A stretch of 35,663 nt of DNA. It comes from Octopus bimaculoides (taxonomy: Eukaryota). Positions 11,516-22,449 of this stretch are shown in pieces. The translations under genes were made by a program, and so were the position numbers. Under the pieces are notes generated by a model. That model made no database searches. It saw only the letters and a program-made list of their open reading frames with translations, and had not been told where the DNA came from. The stretch is taken from assembly GCF_001194135.2 (NCBI RefSeq), contig NC_068988.1, positions 37,071,042-37,106,704 on the forward strand. Direction: 5' to 3'. Each line of letters opens with the position of its first letter. The first letter of the stretch is position 1.

Positions 11516-11666
11516 TTATAACACCTCGTTGTAAACAATGTTCCTTGTTTTCCCTTGTGGAGCATATACAAATAGGTTATTTTGCTGCCCACTCTTGAGC
11601 AGCCAACATACAGTTGTCCATGTGAGAAGCAGGGCTCTTCCAAGAGAAGACCAGCTACAGACAGTG
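11516..11666 (-). pseudogene. Helitron Rep/helicase (PIF1-like) extreme C-terminus, one frameshift
   Basis: LSVAGLLLEEPCFSHGQLYVGCSRVGS, then a 1-nt shift in the A-run at 11580-11583, then NNLFVYAPQGKTRNIVYNEVL*. FSHGQLYVxxSRV and TxNxVYxEVL are hallmark Helitron helicase motifs. Confidence 0.92.
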
Positions 11667-12550
11667 NNNNNNNNNNNNNNNNNNNNNNNNNNNNNNNNNN
11701 NNNNNNNNNNNNNNNNNNNNNNNNNNNNNNNNNNNNNNNNNNNNNNNNNNNNNNNNNNNNNNNNNNNNNNNNNNNNNNNNNNNNNNNNNNNNNNNNNNNN
11801 NNNNNNNNNNNNNNNNNNNNNNNNNNNNNNNNNNNNNNNNNNNNNNNNNNNNNNNNNNNNNNNNNNNNNNNNNNNNNNNNNNNNNNNNNNNNNNNNNNNN
11901 NNNNNNNNNNNNNNNNNNNNNNNNNNNNNNNNNNNNNNNNNNNNNNNNNNNNNNNNNNNNNNNNNNNNNNNNNNNNNNNNNNNNNNNNNNNNNNNNNNNN
12001 NNNNNNNNNNNNNNNNNNNNNNNNNNNNNNNNNNNNNNNNNNNNNNNNNNNNNNNNNNNNNNNNNNNNNNNNNNNNNNNNNNNNNNNNNNNNNNNNNNNN
12101 NNNNNNNNNNNNNNNNNNNNNNNNNNNNNNNNNNNNNNNNNNNNNNNNNNNNNNNNNNNNNNNNNNNNNNNNNNNNNNNNNNNNNNNNNNNNNNNNNNNN
12201 NNNNNNNNNNNNNNNNNNNNNNNNNNNNNNNNNNNNNNNNNNNNNNNNNNNNNNNNNNNNNNNNNNNNNNNNNNNNNNNNNNNNNNNNNNNNNNNNNNNN
12301 NNNNNNNNNNNNNNNNNNNNNNNNNNNNNNNNNNNNNNNNNNNNNNNNNNNNNNNNNNNNNNNNNNNNNNNNNNNNNNNNNNNNNNNNNNNNNNNNNNNN
12401 NNNNNNNNNNNNNNNNNNNNNNNNNNNNNNNNNNNNNNNNNNNNNNNNNNNNNNNNNNNNNNNNNNNNNNNNNNNNNNNNNNNNNNNNNNNNNNNNNNNN
12501 NNNNNNNNNNNNNNNNNNNNNNNNNNNNNNNNNNNNNNNNNNNNNNNNNN
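11667..12550. other. Assembly gap inside the Helitron
   Basis: Run of N. Confidence 1.
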
Positions 12551-12551
12551 C

Positions 12552-12564
12552 GTGTACATATACA

Positions 12565-12597
<33 letters not shown>

Positions 12598-12769
12598 TTC
12601 TCTCTTTCTCTCTCTCTCTGAAAGTATCTGTCATTACAGTATCGAAATGGTGTACATATACATGTATATGTATACATATACATCTCTCTCTCTCTTTCTT
12701 TCTGTCTCTCTCTTTCTGTCTCTCTCCTTCTCTCTCTGTGAAAGTATCTGTCATTACAGTATCGAAATG
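12552..12769. repeat. Tandem repeat inside the Helitron 5' region, ~120-bp period
   Basis: Identical 30-mer gaaagtatctgtcattacagtatcgaaatg at 12620-12649 and 12740-12769, each preceded by gtgtacatatacat and a (CT)n tract. Confidence 0.9.
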
Positions 12770-13724
12770 TGATTGTTTCAGTTANNNNNNNNNNACAGAC
12801 AGACAGACAGACAGTCAGACAGACACACATTCTCATTTTTATATATATAGATGGTAGCAAAACATATATGTAGATTAAAACTGAGAGAAGAAATACATTG
12901 AAACAGAAGCATGAAAATTTGTGTTCGTTATGTTGTTACTTAGTCTTAAAGTTATACGTTTGTGCTACTCTACCTACAAACAATTGTGATAAATCTGTGT
13001 AGAAGCATAATATTTTTCTTCCAATAAAAGTTCACAGAGACAGATTTTATTTTAGATTTCCCTGGAGTTATACAATTGTCACGTAAGTCTCCCTCCCGCC
13101 ACAATTCTACTCTGTTGCGGGTAGCTCTATTCACAGCAACATAAACCAATGTGATTCTCATTAATATTATACTATTGCCATTGGTTATAGTAGTCAGTTA
13201 CATAGTACAAGACACCTGCTCAGAGCTATGTGTACTTAATCATTGAGATTTAAGTATCTTGGCCTTTGATTAAATACATACGCACATGCAGGATTTAAAA
13301 AAATATATACTCGTCTCAATAAGCAATAGTGCAATAACCTACTGAATTGTTCCTGCTGTTTCTATTTAAGAAATTGTAATTACTCGCCATTAATTATTCT
13401 AAATTTAATTATTTGAAGTTTAATTCCGCATCTAAATGGACTACCGCCAAATTATATTCCAGATGGTAGTAGCTACAATTTTCTCTAAAGTCATATTATT
13501 CATTGTTTTTATAAGTACTCCAGTAATTATAGCAATATCAAAAACTATAAGTATAGCTTTTAATTGATATTTAAAACTAGGAAATTGTGAAAGAAATAGT
13601 TAGACGTATCTACTTGACTATTATTTCGATTCCTGAAAAAAGTTCAATTTATTGTAGAACGATACAGTAAAGATTATATACTAGCAATAGATTCATAATT
13701 ATTGATAATAACATACAGGCATTT

Positions 13725-13917
13725 GGTGGCAAGCAGAATCGTTAGTGCGCCGGATAAAAGGCTTAACAACATTACATCCGTCTTCACGTTCCTAGTTCAA
13801 ATTGCGCCAACGTCGATTCTACATTTTATCCATTCGGGGTCGATAAAGTATGTACTAGCTTGGCTGTAAACTCTTCTCTCAAATTACTGTTCTTGTAGCA
13901 AAATTTGAAACTAATAA
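13725..13917 (+). mobile_element. tRNA-derived SINE, family B, near full length
   Basis: ggtggcaagcagaatcgttagtgcgccgg (A-box-like), ctagttcaaattgcgcc (B-box-like), then cattcggggtcgataaagtatgtac...aaaatttgaaactaataat. Confidence 0.8.
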
Positions 13918-14199
13918 TATACAGCAATCTACTAATATATATTTAAATATTAAATGCATTGAGTTCTTTCGACTGTATTAGATAAACTGAATTTTCTTAA
14001 GAAGTACGAGAAGAAATGGCACAGTAGAAATCGTTTATTCTCTGTATCCTTAAATTCCAAATATTTATAGAAGTCAGGAATTAGGTCTAAAACAATTTTA
14101 GACGAAATTTTTCAGGACACTAAAGCAAAATACAACACACAAAATACAACACACGGTAAGCCAAGCCGGTCGTTGTCATAATACTAAATGAATACTCAC

Positions 14200-14294
14200 T
14201 CCAATGAAAGCAAATAATCGCCTTCACTGATCCAAGTTGTGATTTGGAAAATTTCAGCGCATAACGAAAGTGATAGAATGAGGAATTTCCCATC
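14200..14294 (-). CDS. Candidate internal exon, 95 nt (DGKFLILSLSLCAEIFQITTWISEGDYLLSL)
   Basis: Long pyrimidine tract plus gaacag acceptor, GA|gtgagt donor, open in two frames. Product not recognised. Confidence 0.35.
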
Positions 14295-15339
14295 CTGTTC
14301 AGTCACATATACAGACAAAATACAAAGAGACAACTAAAAGTATATAAAAACAAGAATAACGAAATCAAAGAAGAAATAAGTATCCCGAACAAGGGAGTTT
14401 ACAACAACGTATACTACTGAAGCTACAATGTATAATGTGATTTAAAAGGCGCACATACTTTGTTAAATAAAACGATCTGTTTCAAAGAATTCCTAGAGCA
14501 TCCAATAGGGAAAATGAAATCAGTCATGCATAGAGATAACGAATCACTAACCGAAAAAATAATATACATGTGATAGATATGAAAGAAAATTGTTGGCCAC
14601 AGCAGAAAATAACGACGGAACATAATAAAATCAGAAAATAAAAGAGCAGCAATTGCAAATCATATTGACCAAGGAGGTATGCTTAGCTTTAAGAAAACAT
14701 TTGCAACTAGAATTTTTGAATTGTCTGAGAACCAAATATTTTGCAAAGATATGTTAGAATTAAGTTGCAATATAGGCTTTATAACCTGTGAGAAGAAACA
14801 CATATACTACAGCATTTGTTCTTGATAGCACAAATATTCTAAATTCTGAAAGTATATTCACGATGGCCATCATTATCATTTCGCGACCAACAACGGACAG
14901 AAAAACTAACACAGATACATGGACATATGGAACGATCTTATCAGGCTCATAAAGAATGCTTCATAGAGACATATGGTCTAAAGATCACATACTCATTAAC
15001 AAAATTGAAAACAGTTGAAACAAACAGAAACCTAAGCTAAGAATAAATGTAAGATGTTAAATGTAGTATGCACAAAGGAATTCCGTATAGGAATACAGAA
15101 TGGGAAAATCAATAGTATTCTTATAAAAACAAGAGCTATTCAAATAATAAAATCTTGAAATTAAAAGAAAAATTTAGCATCGTATAGGAAGTGTAGAGAC
15201 GTTCATAAAAAATGCATGACTGGTTTGCAATGCGCTACACCTAATACAAATTAAACTATAGATACCTAATAAAATAAGCTATTATGATGGTAGAGTTTTA
15301 GTACTTAATAAAGCATTGCGAGAGTAAGAAAACATATTC

Positions 15340-15720
15340 CAGATAAATAGCTGGATTGGGTAGTGCCCTAGGCTTGTGGCCCAACCCAAGCTCCATGCAG
15401 CTGATATTGACTTTCGATTTCAATGGGTTGATATCAGGCGGAAAAAATCTGGACGGTGGGAGAATTATCGAAGGTAGCTGCAAGGAATGATTGGGTATAT
15501 ATATTGTGGATCTAAAAACTGAGATGCGAAAGATATGTGTGAGGTGAGAAGACGGTTGCAAATGACGGATCTGAGGATAAGCTTCGAGATGTTGGAGCTA
15601 ATACGTAGTTGATAGGGCTAACACAGTCATTTGTAGGGGAGCAGAAAAGAAAGAAAAAAAATAGCATACCTGCTTGTGACTGGTTTAGTGTGTAGTTAAG
15701 TGAATTTTGTCGGACAGCCA
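15340..15720 (-). mobile_element. Possible highly degenerate 3' end of a CR1/L2-type LINE ORF2
   Basis: Minus translation ...PNHSLQLPSIILPPSRFFPPDINPLKSKVNISCMEL resembles the WNxLPxxxFPxxxNLxxFKxxVN C-terminal motif. By-eye match only. Confidence 0.35.
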
Positions 15721-16159
15721 AAGGCCAATTTCTCATGAGTATTTAAGGAACTGTTGTAGTTGATGTGGCTGTTGGTTAAGTGGCTTGCATATGATTCTCA
15801 TAACATTACATGAACTACTATATTCTTTCAAATAGTATTACACTTATTTTTAGAAATCGAAGAATAAAGACTTTAAATTATTTATTGTAGACGCGGGCTC
15901 ATGGTGTCGAGTTGAATTTTATGAAGCTTATCGTTTTCTATGGTTCTAGTGCAAATAAAAGCGTTCATAAACTAAGGTTTCTCGTTTTGCCTCCGAGTAT
16001 TACGTTTACCTAACAAAATTGGTTGCCGCATATAATTTCAGTAACGATTGCTCACTCTCTCCTCAGAACATTGACTAACAGTAAGTATATTTATTGCACT
16101 TCTTCAGAGGCACGTATATTATTTCTCTTAATTGCAATATATTTGAATTTATATGTGTG

Positions 16160-16191
16160 TATACAAGCATGCATACGTGCACATACACACG

Positions 16192-16265
<74 letters not shown>
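16160..16265. repeat. (CA)n(TA)n microsatellite
   Basis: Seen directly. Confidence 0.95.
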
Positions 16266-16559
16266 GATGGAGTATTCCAAGGTGTTTATATTCTATAAAT
16301 GCTAGATGTAGCACCATTAAGTTTAGATTACCTCTGATGAACTTATTTCTAGTTCAAAATGTGATATGACGAATAAAACATTTAATACTGAATATCTGCG
16401 TTATCACATCTCATAAAACTGCATCTTTGCAAAGTTGCATTTATAAGTTGCTCGAGAAACGATAGTCGGTTCTGAGGGGTGTATGGTTGCAAAACAGAAA
16501 TTGAAATGAATTGACAGAAGGGCACTAGAAGTGGAGCCTGCGGCTTAATATACTACATT

Positions 16560-17335
16560 TTTAAAGATTGTGCAGCAGCTGACATGGCTACATCAAGCGC
16601 AAACAAGGAACCTTGCCCAATACTGCGCAAGACCGCCACAATCAACACACATGGGATGGCCTCCCCTAACGTCTGCACAGTTGTCACGTCAATATATGTT
16701 TAGTAAATATTGGAGGGCTGTTGTATCACAACAACAAAAGCAAGGTTTTCTTTCTGAGAGACCTTGCTGCATGCAATCAAGCCCTCTGCATAGCACTCGT
16801 AGAAACTCATCTCAGCCCTGATATAGAGGATGCAGAAGTACACGTACCAAAATATACCATACTGCGAACAGACAGGAGGGAAAGGAGCCATGGTGGAGTT
16901 GCTGTATACATCTGTGAAGACCTCACTCCCAGGTCTTACTACCATACCCAAATTCAGTATGTGACTCTCTAATTGTATACATAAGACAACACAATATAGT
17001 CACATGCAATGCATATCGCCCACTGGATGCTCAAACCAGATATGTAAGTTTGAAGATTGCCTCCCTCACAAGAATTTTAAAATTCCTCATGAAGCTGGAA
17101 CAACATGTAAGCGTATTTCTTATGAGTGAATTCAACTTCCCCAATGTCAAATGGCTCGAAGGTCTCATGCTCTCAGGAATGACATATTGCAAACAAGCAC
17201 AGGTGGAGTCTGTGCTCAATCCCACCAATGCCCTATTCATGGAGCAAGTTGTACTCAGACCAACTAAATCGAATAATATTTTGGATCTCTACTTCACAAA
17301 CAATATGGACATCGTTCATGATGTGAAAGTGACGC
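16560..17335 (+). mobile_element. Decayed CR1-group LINE, APE endonuclease domain; RT missing
   Basis: NIGGLL, IALVETHLSPDIEDAEV, LRTDRRERSHGGVAVYI, NAYRP, SEFNFPNVKW, FMEQVVLRPTKSNNILDLYFTNN are APE motifs typical of CR1/L2 ORF2, with frameshifts. Confidence 0.88.
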
Positions 17336-17340
17336 CATTC

Positions 17341-18069
17341 AAGAAAAATGGTCCAATTAATACTCTTGATGATAAGGCACACCGCACTGTAACTCCTGGT
17401 AAATTAACAATGTGTTCCACCATAACATGCAGATTCTCAGGTCCTCAATCGGTGCAATTGTGGCGGTTAATTGAACCATTTAATTTGAATGTGTCTTCTT
17501 CACTTCACACAATTTTTGTTGGAAAGTGTGCATCTTCTACACATCGTACCAAGTACCACTCGCAATATTGGACCCTTCGGTCTGGATCATCGTCATTAAT
17601 AGTATGGACTAATCTTGGAACGTAACATTTCCATTGATAACGATTCAAAATGCGTTGAGCAGAAGATTTTGATATACCTGCCTCACGACTCGTTTGCCGC
17701 ACAGATTATCTTGGACTTTGGTGTATGTTTGTAGCGCTCCTTCTTACTTCGTAGGGGTTATCGATATTCGATGTCTTTCGGAACGATTCTCGTGGACATT
17801 CTGAACAGTTCCATCCGCTTCAAACTTAACTCTAATTCGAATAATGGTAAGTCGCATCGGTGGATCTGTTTGAAACTCCCTCTTAAACTGTCTTTGCATT
17901 TCAACTGCATTTTCACACTTCCAGCAGCATTTTAGAATGAATTCCCTTCGTTCAAAGCTTAGTCTGAGTGCCTTCATTAATTCAAATGGGTCTAATATGG
18001 AAAGGAAAAAAAAGCATCAATTGAGTTATCAGCTGCCTAACTGTGTATACACTTTTTTGTGACGCCCTG
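17341..18069 (-). mobile_element. 5' half of a Tc1/mariner-superfamily DNA transposon (N-terminal HTH, rosa/DD41D-like by inference)
   Basis: TA|CAGGGCGTCACAAAAAAGTGTATACAC terminal sequence at 18069. MKALRLSFERREFILKC...[72 protein letters not shown]. Truncated before the second catalytic D. Confidence 0.88.
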
Positions 18070-18129
<60 letters not shown>

Positions 18130-18150
18130 TGTGTATGTGTTTGTATGTAT
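18070..18150. repeat. (TA)n(TG)n microsatellite abutting the transposon TA target
   Basis: Seen directly. Confidence 0.9.
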
Positions 18151-18460
18151 AGAGTGTTAAAAGTTATGACCGGTCATAGAGTGACCATTGCTTTCGCTCC
18201 TGTAAAATGCTTAGCTGTATAGGCGACTCGTCATACTCCAGTGGCTAAAGGTACATGATCTCTCTACATTTGGAGAAAGAAATACGAAACGGTCAGTTAG
18301 TTTTGTAAACAAAAAAAAGGAATTGTTCGTGATGTGGGGGGATGGAGGAGAACGGTGTTGAGTTAATTCCCTTACATCGGTCATTCATTCACACACACAC
18401 ACACACACATAAACACACAAACATATATATGACGACACACACATATATATACTGCTATAT

Positions 18461-18550
18461 TAGAAATCACTCGCTATAGCTGTTGCGCAGCTGGACTAAA
18501 ACCGAATCCACTTGGATGCAAAGCATCGTTCGTAACTGGTCTGACATGCC
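18461..18550 (-). mobile_element. Degenerate family A SINE head
   Basis: Minus: ggcatgtcagaccagttacgaacgatgctttgcatccaagtggattcggttttagtccagctgcg...gagtgatttcta resembles the head of the 5317 copy. Confidence 0.4.
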
Positions 18551-18759
18551 TCAGTCTATACACTGTCATTATTTAAAGACAAACTTTAAGTTTATTTCTG
18601 AGAGTCAGTTCTTTAGTCAATTAGTACGTGGTGGACTTGAATAATCGAAAGCTGATTCGTGTACGCGTGTTTGTTTGTCTGTGTCTGAATGAATGTATAT
18701 ATATCTATGTGTATGCATATATACTAGATTTAAGTGTATGTGTGTACATACATAAATAT

Positions 18760-18768
18760 ATATCTGCG

Positions 18769-18839
<71 letters not shown>

Positions 18840-18939
18840 GTGCGCGTGTGCGTGTGTGTATACACGTATACGTGTAGGTAGGTAGACACATAGACACAGA
18901 GATACGCAGACACACAGACAGACAGGCGGACAGACAAAC

Positions 18940-19004
<65 letters not shown>

Positions 19005-19005
19005 C
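18760..19005. repeat. Compound microsatellite (TA)(TG)(GACA)(GATA)n
   Basis: Seen directly. Confidence 0.95.
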
Positions 19006-19682
19006 TTATTTGCATGCAACATGTTCCTATGAAACACAGATGTGGCGTTTTGGGCCATACCCTATCACGTTAAATTTCGATCGGCACACACAAGCGTAAA
19101 GATGATTAGATAGGAATGCCATTGCATTTTAGTAAAATAATCCGACTAAAGAATCTTATCTTATCAGGTACAAACAAATAATATCATTTAGTAAATGAGA
19201 CGCAGTTATTTCAAAGTAACTATTTAGAAATTAATGTTTGTATTGATGCAATCATTTATGCGATAACAAGAAAACTATTTAAAGCTGTAATTATTACTTT
19301 AGCGCAAATATTCTTGCAAAAATATTTTCTTTGAGAATTTTAAGCTGCTTTTACTTGATTGAAAACACCTCAGCATCTTCCATCGTATTAGCGAACTTAT
19401 AAACAGCATCAATTTTCAGGTGTTACAATACTTGTCATTATAACATCACAGTACAGTCATAGTCGTTGCATTAAAAATTTTTATTGGATTATCTGTTCTT
19501 CAAGGACGTTCACTTGCCAATGTTTCATCGCATACAATAACATCGTGATGCCTCCAAGGAAGTTATAGGAGATAGGTAAAATGAATACCTTGTGTTTCAT
19601 TGCACTTAAGCTGAAATATTTAATATAATACTATGTATATATGTATATTTGTGTGTATGTGTATATTTACATATATATGTTC

Positions 19683-19745
<63 letters not shown>

Positions 19746-19771
19746 TGACTGACTGACAGACAGAGATTTAC

Positions 19772-19920
19772 GTGTATACATTATTTGCATTATTTGCATT
19801 ATTTACGTTCGACGGAAATTTGTCCTCATCTTGTTTGTTGGCCGATATACCCTCCAGCCTTCTTCAGGTGTCTTGGGGAAATTTTGAATTTGGGTTCTCA
19901 TTCCTAAGGTATTTTTCGAT
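19772..19920 (-). mobile_element. Penelope-like element pseudo-LTR (3' terminal repeat)
   Basis: Same sequence as 28190-28346 (ccccaagacacctgaNgaa.gctggagggta...aacaaacaagatg.ggacaaat...aataatg.aaataatg). Lies directly 3' of the Penelope RT. Confidence 0.85.
19840..19872 (-). ncRNA. Truncated minimal type-I hammerhead ribozyme in the pLTR
   Basis: GACAC-CUGAAGA-A-GGCUG(GAGGGUAUAU)CGGCC. Stem II is intact, but the GAAA/stem III segment present in the 28279 copy is deleted. Confidence 0.6.
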
Positions 19921-19959
19921 GTTATTATTATTATTATTTATAATAAAAAAATAATGTGT

Positions 19960-20665
19960 TCAAGATTGTTGACAGCATATTGGCCTCATCCTCTCTTTTC
20001 TTCATAATTGCAATGGACAATATACTTTTGTGGTAGTTGTTGCTTAACAGATCGTTATTGAGCTTGATCATTTCTTCGTGCTGTGTATCACGATCGCTAC
20101 TTATATTCTTTGCATGATGTCTTAGGCACTGAGCAAACCCTCTCCTTTCTTTACACTGTATGGATGATGGAAATTGAAGTTGAGGTATCGTCCAGTAAAT
20201 GTCGGCTTGCGATATACGGGTGTCCTGAATGCATACTTGGTGGGTGTTATTAATTCGTCCAGGAATGCCAGCTGATTGTCTGTTTCCTTTTCCATTGTGA
20301 ACTGTATGGATGGCTTTATTGAGTTCACATAATCTAACAGCACTTGGACATCTTCCTGGTGGGGCCAGATTATAAAGGTGTCATCATCATATCGTAGCCA
20401 TAGTGTTGCTTTTAGTGGTGTTGATCCTAAAACCAAATTCTCAAAGTATTACATGTATATATTGGCTATTACGGGTGATAATGGTAAAACCATTGCTAAA
20501 CCCTCCTTTTGTCGATATATATCAGTGTCCATACGGAAGTCGTTTCTACACAGAATGTCAAAATTTCCATCAAGTTTCTAATTGGTATACTAGAGCCTTC
20601 TTTTAGATGGGTGTCTGTCACTAGTTTATCTTGTATCACCGATAGTGCTTCACCAGTTGGTGCGT
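19960..20665 (-). mobile_element. Decayed Penelope-like (Poseidon-type) reverse transcriptase; GIY-YIG portion deleted
   Basis: YRQKEGLAMVLPLSPVIANIYM, WLRYDDDTFIIWPH, VNSIKPSIQFTMEKE, LAFLD, VYRKPTFTGRYLNFNFHHP are Penelope RT motifs, with stops. Confidence 0.92.
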
Positions 20666-21575
20666 ATATGTATTTTAATTACGTAGATACAAGTATGTGC
20701 ATGTATATATGGATGCTTGTGTTTATGCAAGTATCTATATACGCTGGGAGGATACCCAATTATTATTACGCTAGTGTTTTTACCAAATACAATAAATGGG
20801 TTCAGGTAAAAGGAAATTTTACCCTAAATTTATATAGCAATAAGAAAATGGAGGGCAATATGTGAACTTGCAGACACTGTACTATGTCAATTTACCTGTT
20901 GATTTTTCAACCAAGAGGACAATAAAAATAATATACAAACACATATGACACACTATGTCATATTAGCAATTAAAAATTAAAAATTAAAAATTAAAAAGGA
21001 CATCTAGTGACCGAAGAAGGGCTAAAGTCTTACAGCTATTTCGGCCTTGTGATGATATGCCTCATTCTATCTATATATAACTCTTCAGAGATTTACAAAG
21101 TTCATGATGTTAATTTAAAATATCCAAATATAAAAATAAAAAAGCATATAAAAAAACATTACAAACTCACTTATATATGCATATGCATGCATACTTTAAC
21201 ATATATAGATATACATAAATACATAAATATAGATACATGAATACTTATATGTACATTTAAATGTACATACATGAACGTCTATACATGCACACCAATGAGT
21301 CAATTGTTATTGTTACTATATATGAGGAGGACACATATATATACCGATCCACGCATACATACATACATACATACATACATACATACATACACATATGTAT
21401 ATATAAACGCTCCCGTACATACATGTTCGCTGGTACATACGCTTTTAGTTGCGTTTGGAAAGGAGGACTGATGCATTGGTTCTTATCACTCTATTTCCAG
21501 CAAAATGTTCAGACCTATATATGTATATATATTTGTTTATATCCGAAACCTGTGGGGTAAATATATATTCTGTTA

Positions 21576-22350
21576 CCAGGATCTGTTCCTCACTTCTACA
21601 GTGTACCTCTCCTGTAACTTATCATCTTCCTTGAAAGCTCCCCAGTCATAGATTGCTCTCTCCAGGGTTAAGCATCACTCTTTCTTAAGCTCACCCGGAC
21701 CTTACTCATAACAAGCCGGTGGACACTGCCCAGTGAACTGAAATAGATGCATAGTTCTGTGTTCAGGACACCATTTCACCACTTCATCCTCACCAGAATG
21801 AAATCAATCTGAAACTTGTGCAGGTGCGTATCACAAAATTTTACCCGGATTCTTCCTAAACGTTGGGTTGGTTGCAATCAAGGTCGCCTCCAGCGGGGTG
21901 TCCCTCAGTAGCTTCTCATTATGATTGGTGTTGTTATGGAAGTACCAGCAACGATTTTCACCGCTCTCCTAACTCAGATGTGCATTGAGGTCACCCAGAG
22001 CGAGTAGGATTTAATGAGCTGGTATTGTGTTAACAGTTCTACACACTACCTCATGAAACTCCTCCGCACTCGCATCACTGCACCCCTCGGTTGGACTATA
22101 GGATGAGATGACTGACAACCTTGGGTTTCTGTTGAAAGTCATCGTCAACACTCGCTGGGAGACAGGTATATTTTTCCTCACTAATCACTAACAGACTGGC
22201 TCTTGCACTGCACACTGCAGCTCTAACCGTGTTCATCACTGCTGATGGGGTGATGAGCTGGCTCTTCTTTCCAATCATCCCTCTTGTCACGAGCTCATCA
22301 TGTAGGATCCTGTGTGCTTGGATCGTAAGTATCTGTATATTAGCAAGTGG
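21576..22350 (-). mobile_element. Decayed RTE-clade LINE APE endonuclease
   Basis: Minus: ILTIQAHRI, VISSYSPTE, EEFHEVV, LGDLNAHL, FQIDFILVR, SVHRLVMSKVRVSL, ERYTVEVRNR. Confidence 0.85.
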
Positions 22351-22449
22351 GTCTCCAATTTATTCGTCGACAAAGACACTTTTGAAAAATCCACTTCATA
22401 TTATAATGCTGCATGATAAAGTTCCAACTTCAAGAATGGCATACACTGC

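Larger units (their letters stand above)
11319..12851 (-). mobile_element. Internally deleted (non-autonomous) Helitron
   Basis: 5' end A|TCTATATATATAAAAATGAGAATG at 12851. 3' hairpin cccgg-gcaacg-ccggg (11331-11346) followed by ...tctgCTTG|T at 11319 (CTAG with one change). A|T target site. Helicase C-terminus lies inside. Confidence 0.8.

Noticed and set aside
14420-14960. Hydrophobic minus-strand frames resembling GPCR helices (TNAVVYVFL, ALLFSDF)
   Set aside because: T-rich DNA translates to F/L/I/V by composition. The TM7-like piece lies upstream of the TM2-like piece, in different frames with stops.
16330-16380. ctctgatgaac...aaaatgtg as a hammerhead
   Set aside because: No GAAA box or convincing stems.
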